Below are positions 62,789-64,000 of a stretch of DNA of 64,000 bases, one piece after another. Position numbers and translations under genes: made by a program. Each line of letters opens with the position of its first letter. Position 1 is the first letter of the stretch. The stretch lies in contig CALRBE010000001.1 in the NCBI GenBank assembly GCA_943354005.1, positions 147 to 64,146 on the forward strand. The letters run 5' to 3'. The notes beneath the pieces are model-generated. The model did no database searches. It saw only the letters and a list, made by a program, of their open reading frames with translations, and was not told the DNA's origin. The stretch comes from an uncultured Candidatus Saccharimonas sp. (GTDB lineage: Bacteria > Patescibacteriota > Saccharimonadia > Saccharimonadales > AWTP1-31).

Positions 62789-64000
62789 CTATTTTAAAAC
62801 TAGTACAGCCTTGTCATCCGATTTTCTTGATACCCTAAGTAAGGCACGTGCAGCTTCTTGTGGATTATCGCTAGTTTGCATAGCATTTATAATTTCTGAA
62901 TCAGTGAGTATGTCGGGAGGGTAATCACCGGTAATTCCATCACTACAAATAATTATTTCGTCCCCCTGCTGCATTTGAATGACACCACTTTGAAGTACGT
63001 CCATATATTGAACACCGATTGCATTAGTTATTACATTTGCTTGCTCTGGACTTAGAACCTCATCAACAGAGATACGAGTTAATGAGCCGCTATCTCTATT
63101 GAAAATCATAATGGGCGAATCACCGACAGAAGCCCAAGCAATATATTTTTGACCGTTATCTTCACCTACTTTTGCAATCGTGCCGGTAGTAACGCCCCCA
63201 GAAGCTTCTTGACTTACTGTCATATTAGCTGCTTTTAACGCTTCAGTAAGACCTATTCTCATTTCCTCTGGACTACTATCAGACGCAAGACTAGTCATAT
63301 ATTCAGACGATTTTTCTGAGGCTAGCCTAGATGCCTTATCTCCATTACCATGTCCTCCAGCACCATCAAAAATACCGTATAGATTAGATCCTGGTTCATT
63401 AAGGATTGTGTCTTCGCATGGATTTTTTTTACCTTCAATCACTTCACCAACCTCAACAATACTATGAAGTTTTTCTGAACTTTGTGGATTTTTATCGTGA
63501 GTGATATCATCAATACCTTCATGATTTTGAGTTCCAAAACGAATTTGAGTTCCGTTTTTTGAATCATTATCTTGAATTTCTAATTCTCCGTTTTCTAAAA
63601 GTGTTACAGAAAAATGATCTCTTGAAATAATTTCAGAAAGTTCAAATCGACTAGCTGCTACTTCATCGGCTCTACCAATCGTGACAGTTTCATTTTCACG
63701 GATTCCTTTAAAGCCTTGGGCACGTTGCATGTCAACTTTATCTAGGTCTGCGTCTACAAGTAAATATCTTGTGCTACTATGAACTAATGTGCCCTGGAAC
63801 CATTTATTTCCATGCTCATCGCCGGGAGCGGATTCGAGATCTACTATAATAAACTCATCAGTACTGGTATCGTTATTTGAACGATGACTTCTAGGTCTTG
63901 GATCATCCTCATAGCTTCGACCTATTTTAATTTCTGCCAATACGTTAAATTCGTCCCCTTCTTTTAACGGAAAATCAGGATTAATTCGAACCGGCTCGTG
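62789..64000 (-). CDS. FHA domain / PP2C-type Ser/Thr phosphatase fusion, 5' end probably beyond the window
   Basis: The FHA part reads TIGRADEV...ISRDHFSV...QDNDSKNGTQI. The PP2C part has YGIFDGAGGHGNGDKAS and IICSDGITG. The frame stays open upstream of the TTG at 63940 to base 64000. Confidence 0.8.
   Translation of the reverse strand, partial: HEPVRINPDFPLKEGDEFNVLAEIKIGRSYEDDPRPRSHRSNNDTSTDEFIIVDLESAPGDEHGNKWFQGTLVHSSTRYLLVDADLDKVDMQRAQGFKGIRENETVTIGRADEVAASRFELSEIISRDHFSVTLLENGELEIQDNDSKNGTQIRFGTQNHEGIDDITHDKNPQSSEKLHSIVEVGEVIEGKKNPCEDTILNEPGSNLYGIFDGAGGHGNGDKASRLASEKSSEYMTSLASDSSPEEMRIGLTEALKAANMTVSQEASGGVTTGTIAKVGEDNGQKYIAWASVGDSPIMIFNRDSGSLTRISVDEVLSPEQANVITNAIGVQYMDVLQSGVIQMQQGDEIIICSDGITGDYPPDILTDSEIINAMQTSDNPQEAARALLRVSRKSDDKAVLVLK

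Noticed and set aside
1-64000. Possibility of an alternative genetic code (UGA as Gly or Trp, as in some CPR lineages).
   Set aside because: All motif-supported genes are full length under the standard code with TGA, TAA and TAG used as stops. No conserved protein is split at an in-frame TGA.

Overview
This window is 64 kb of a compact, AT-rich, gene-dense bacterial chromosome using the standard genetic code. The gene content suggests a Patescibacteria/CPR genome, most like Saccharibacteria; that placement is an inference from content, not a search result. The supporting content is a pared-down dcw cluster, a sortase, PEGA and DUF3048 surface proteins, a sigma-region-4/HARE-HTH protein and many acidic orphan proteins. 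About two thirds of the window is recognisable housekeeping: mgtE, two ABC exporters, pyrH, xth, gltX, dinB, rlmH, a canonical HK/RR pair, der, pth, topA, the dcw cluster, a GH1 glucosidase, rnhA, glyQS, recO, xseAB and rpmA. There are three tRNAs: Ser-GGA, Leu-CAA and Glu-CTC. I saw no rRNA, CRISPR array, transposase or integrase. The parts housekeeping does not explain are listed here. (1) An orphan-gene region at about 21.5-30.1 kb abuts tRNA-Glu. Inside it, a 5-kb four-gene segment (J-domain protein, two orphans, TrmB-like regulator) is bracketed by an ~80-bp direct repeat that copies the 3' end of the upstream gene. (2) A second, smaller cassette at 40.66-41.65 kb has the same repeat architecture. 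(3) A tight minus-strand cluster at 52.2-54.9 kb holds a NYN nuclease, a 336-aa orphan, RNase HI and an acidic orphan. (4) A histidine-kinase-like/receiver pair has lost both phosphotransfer residues and is translationally coupled to recO. (5) A promoter-to-terminator unit of about 350 nt with no ORF lies at 36.03-36.42 kb. (6) A 0.64-kb non-coding tract after ftsQ carries RNase-P-like sequence patches. (7) Four helically phased GTGGGTA boxes lie upstream of mraZ. All functional calls come from reading motifs in the translations and DNA by eye. No database or folding computation was run, and every candidate system here is a hypothesis.
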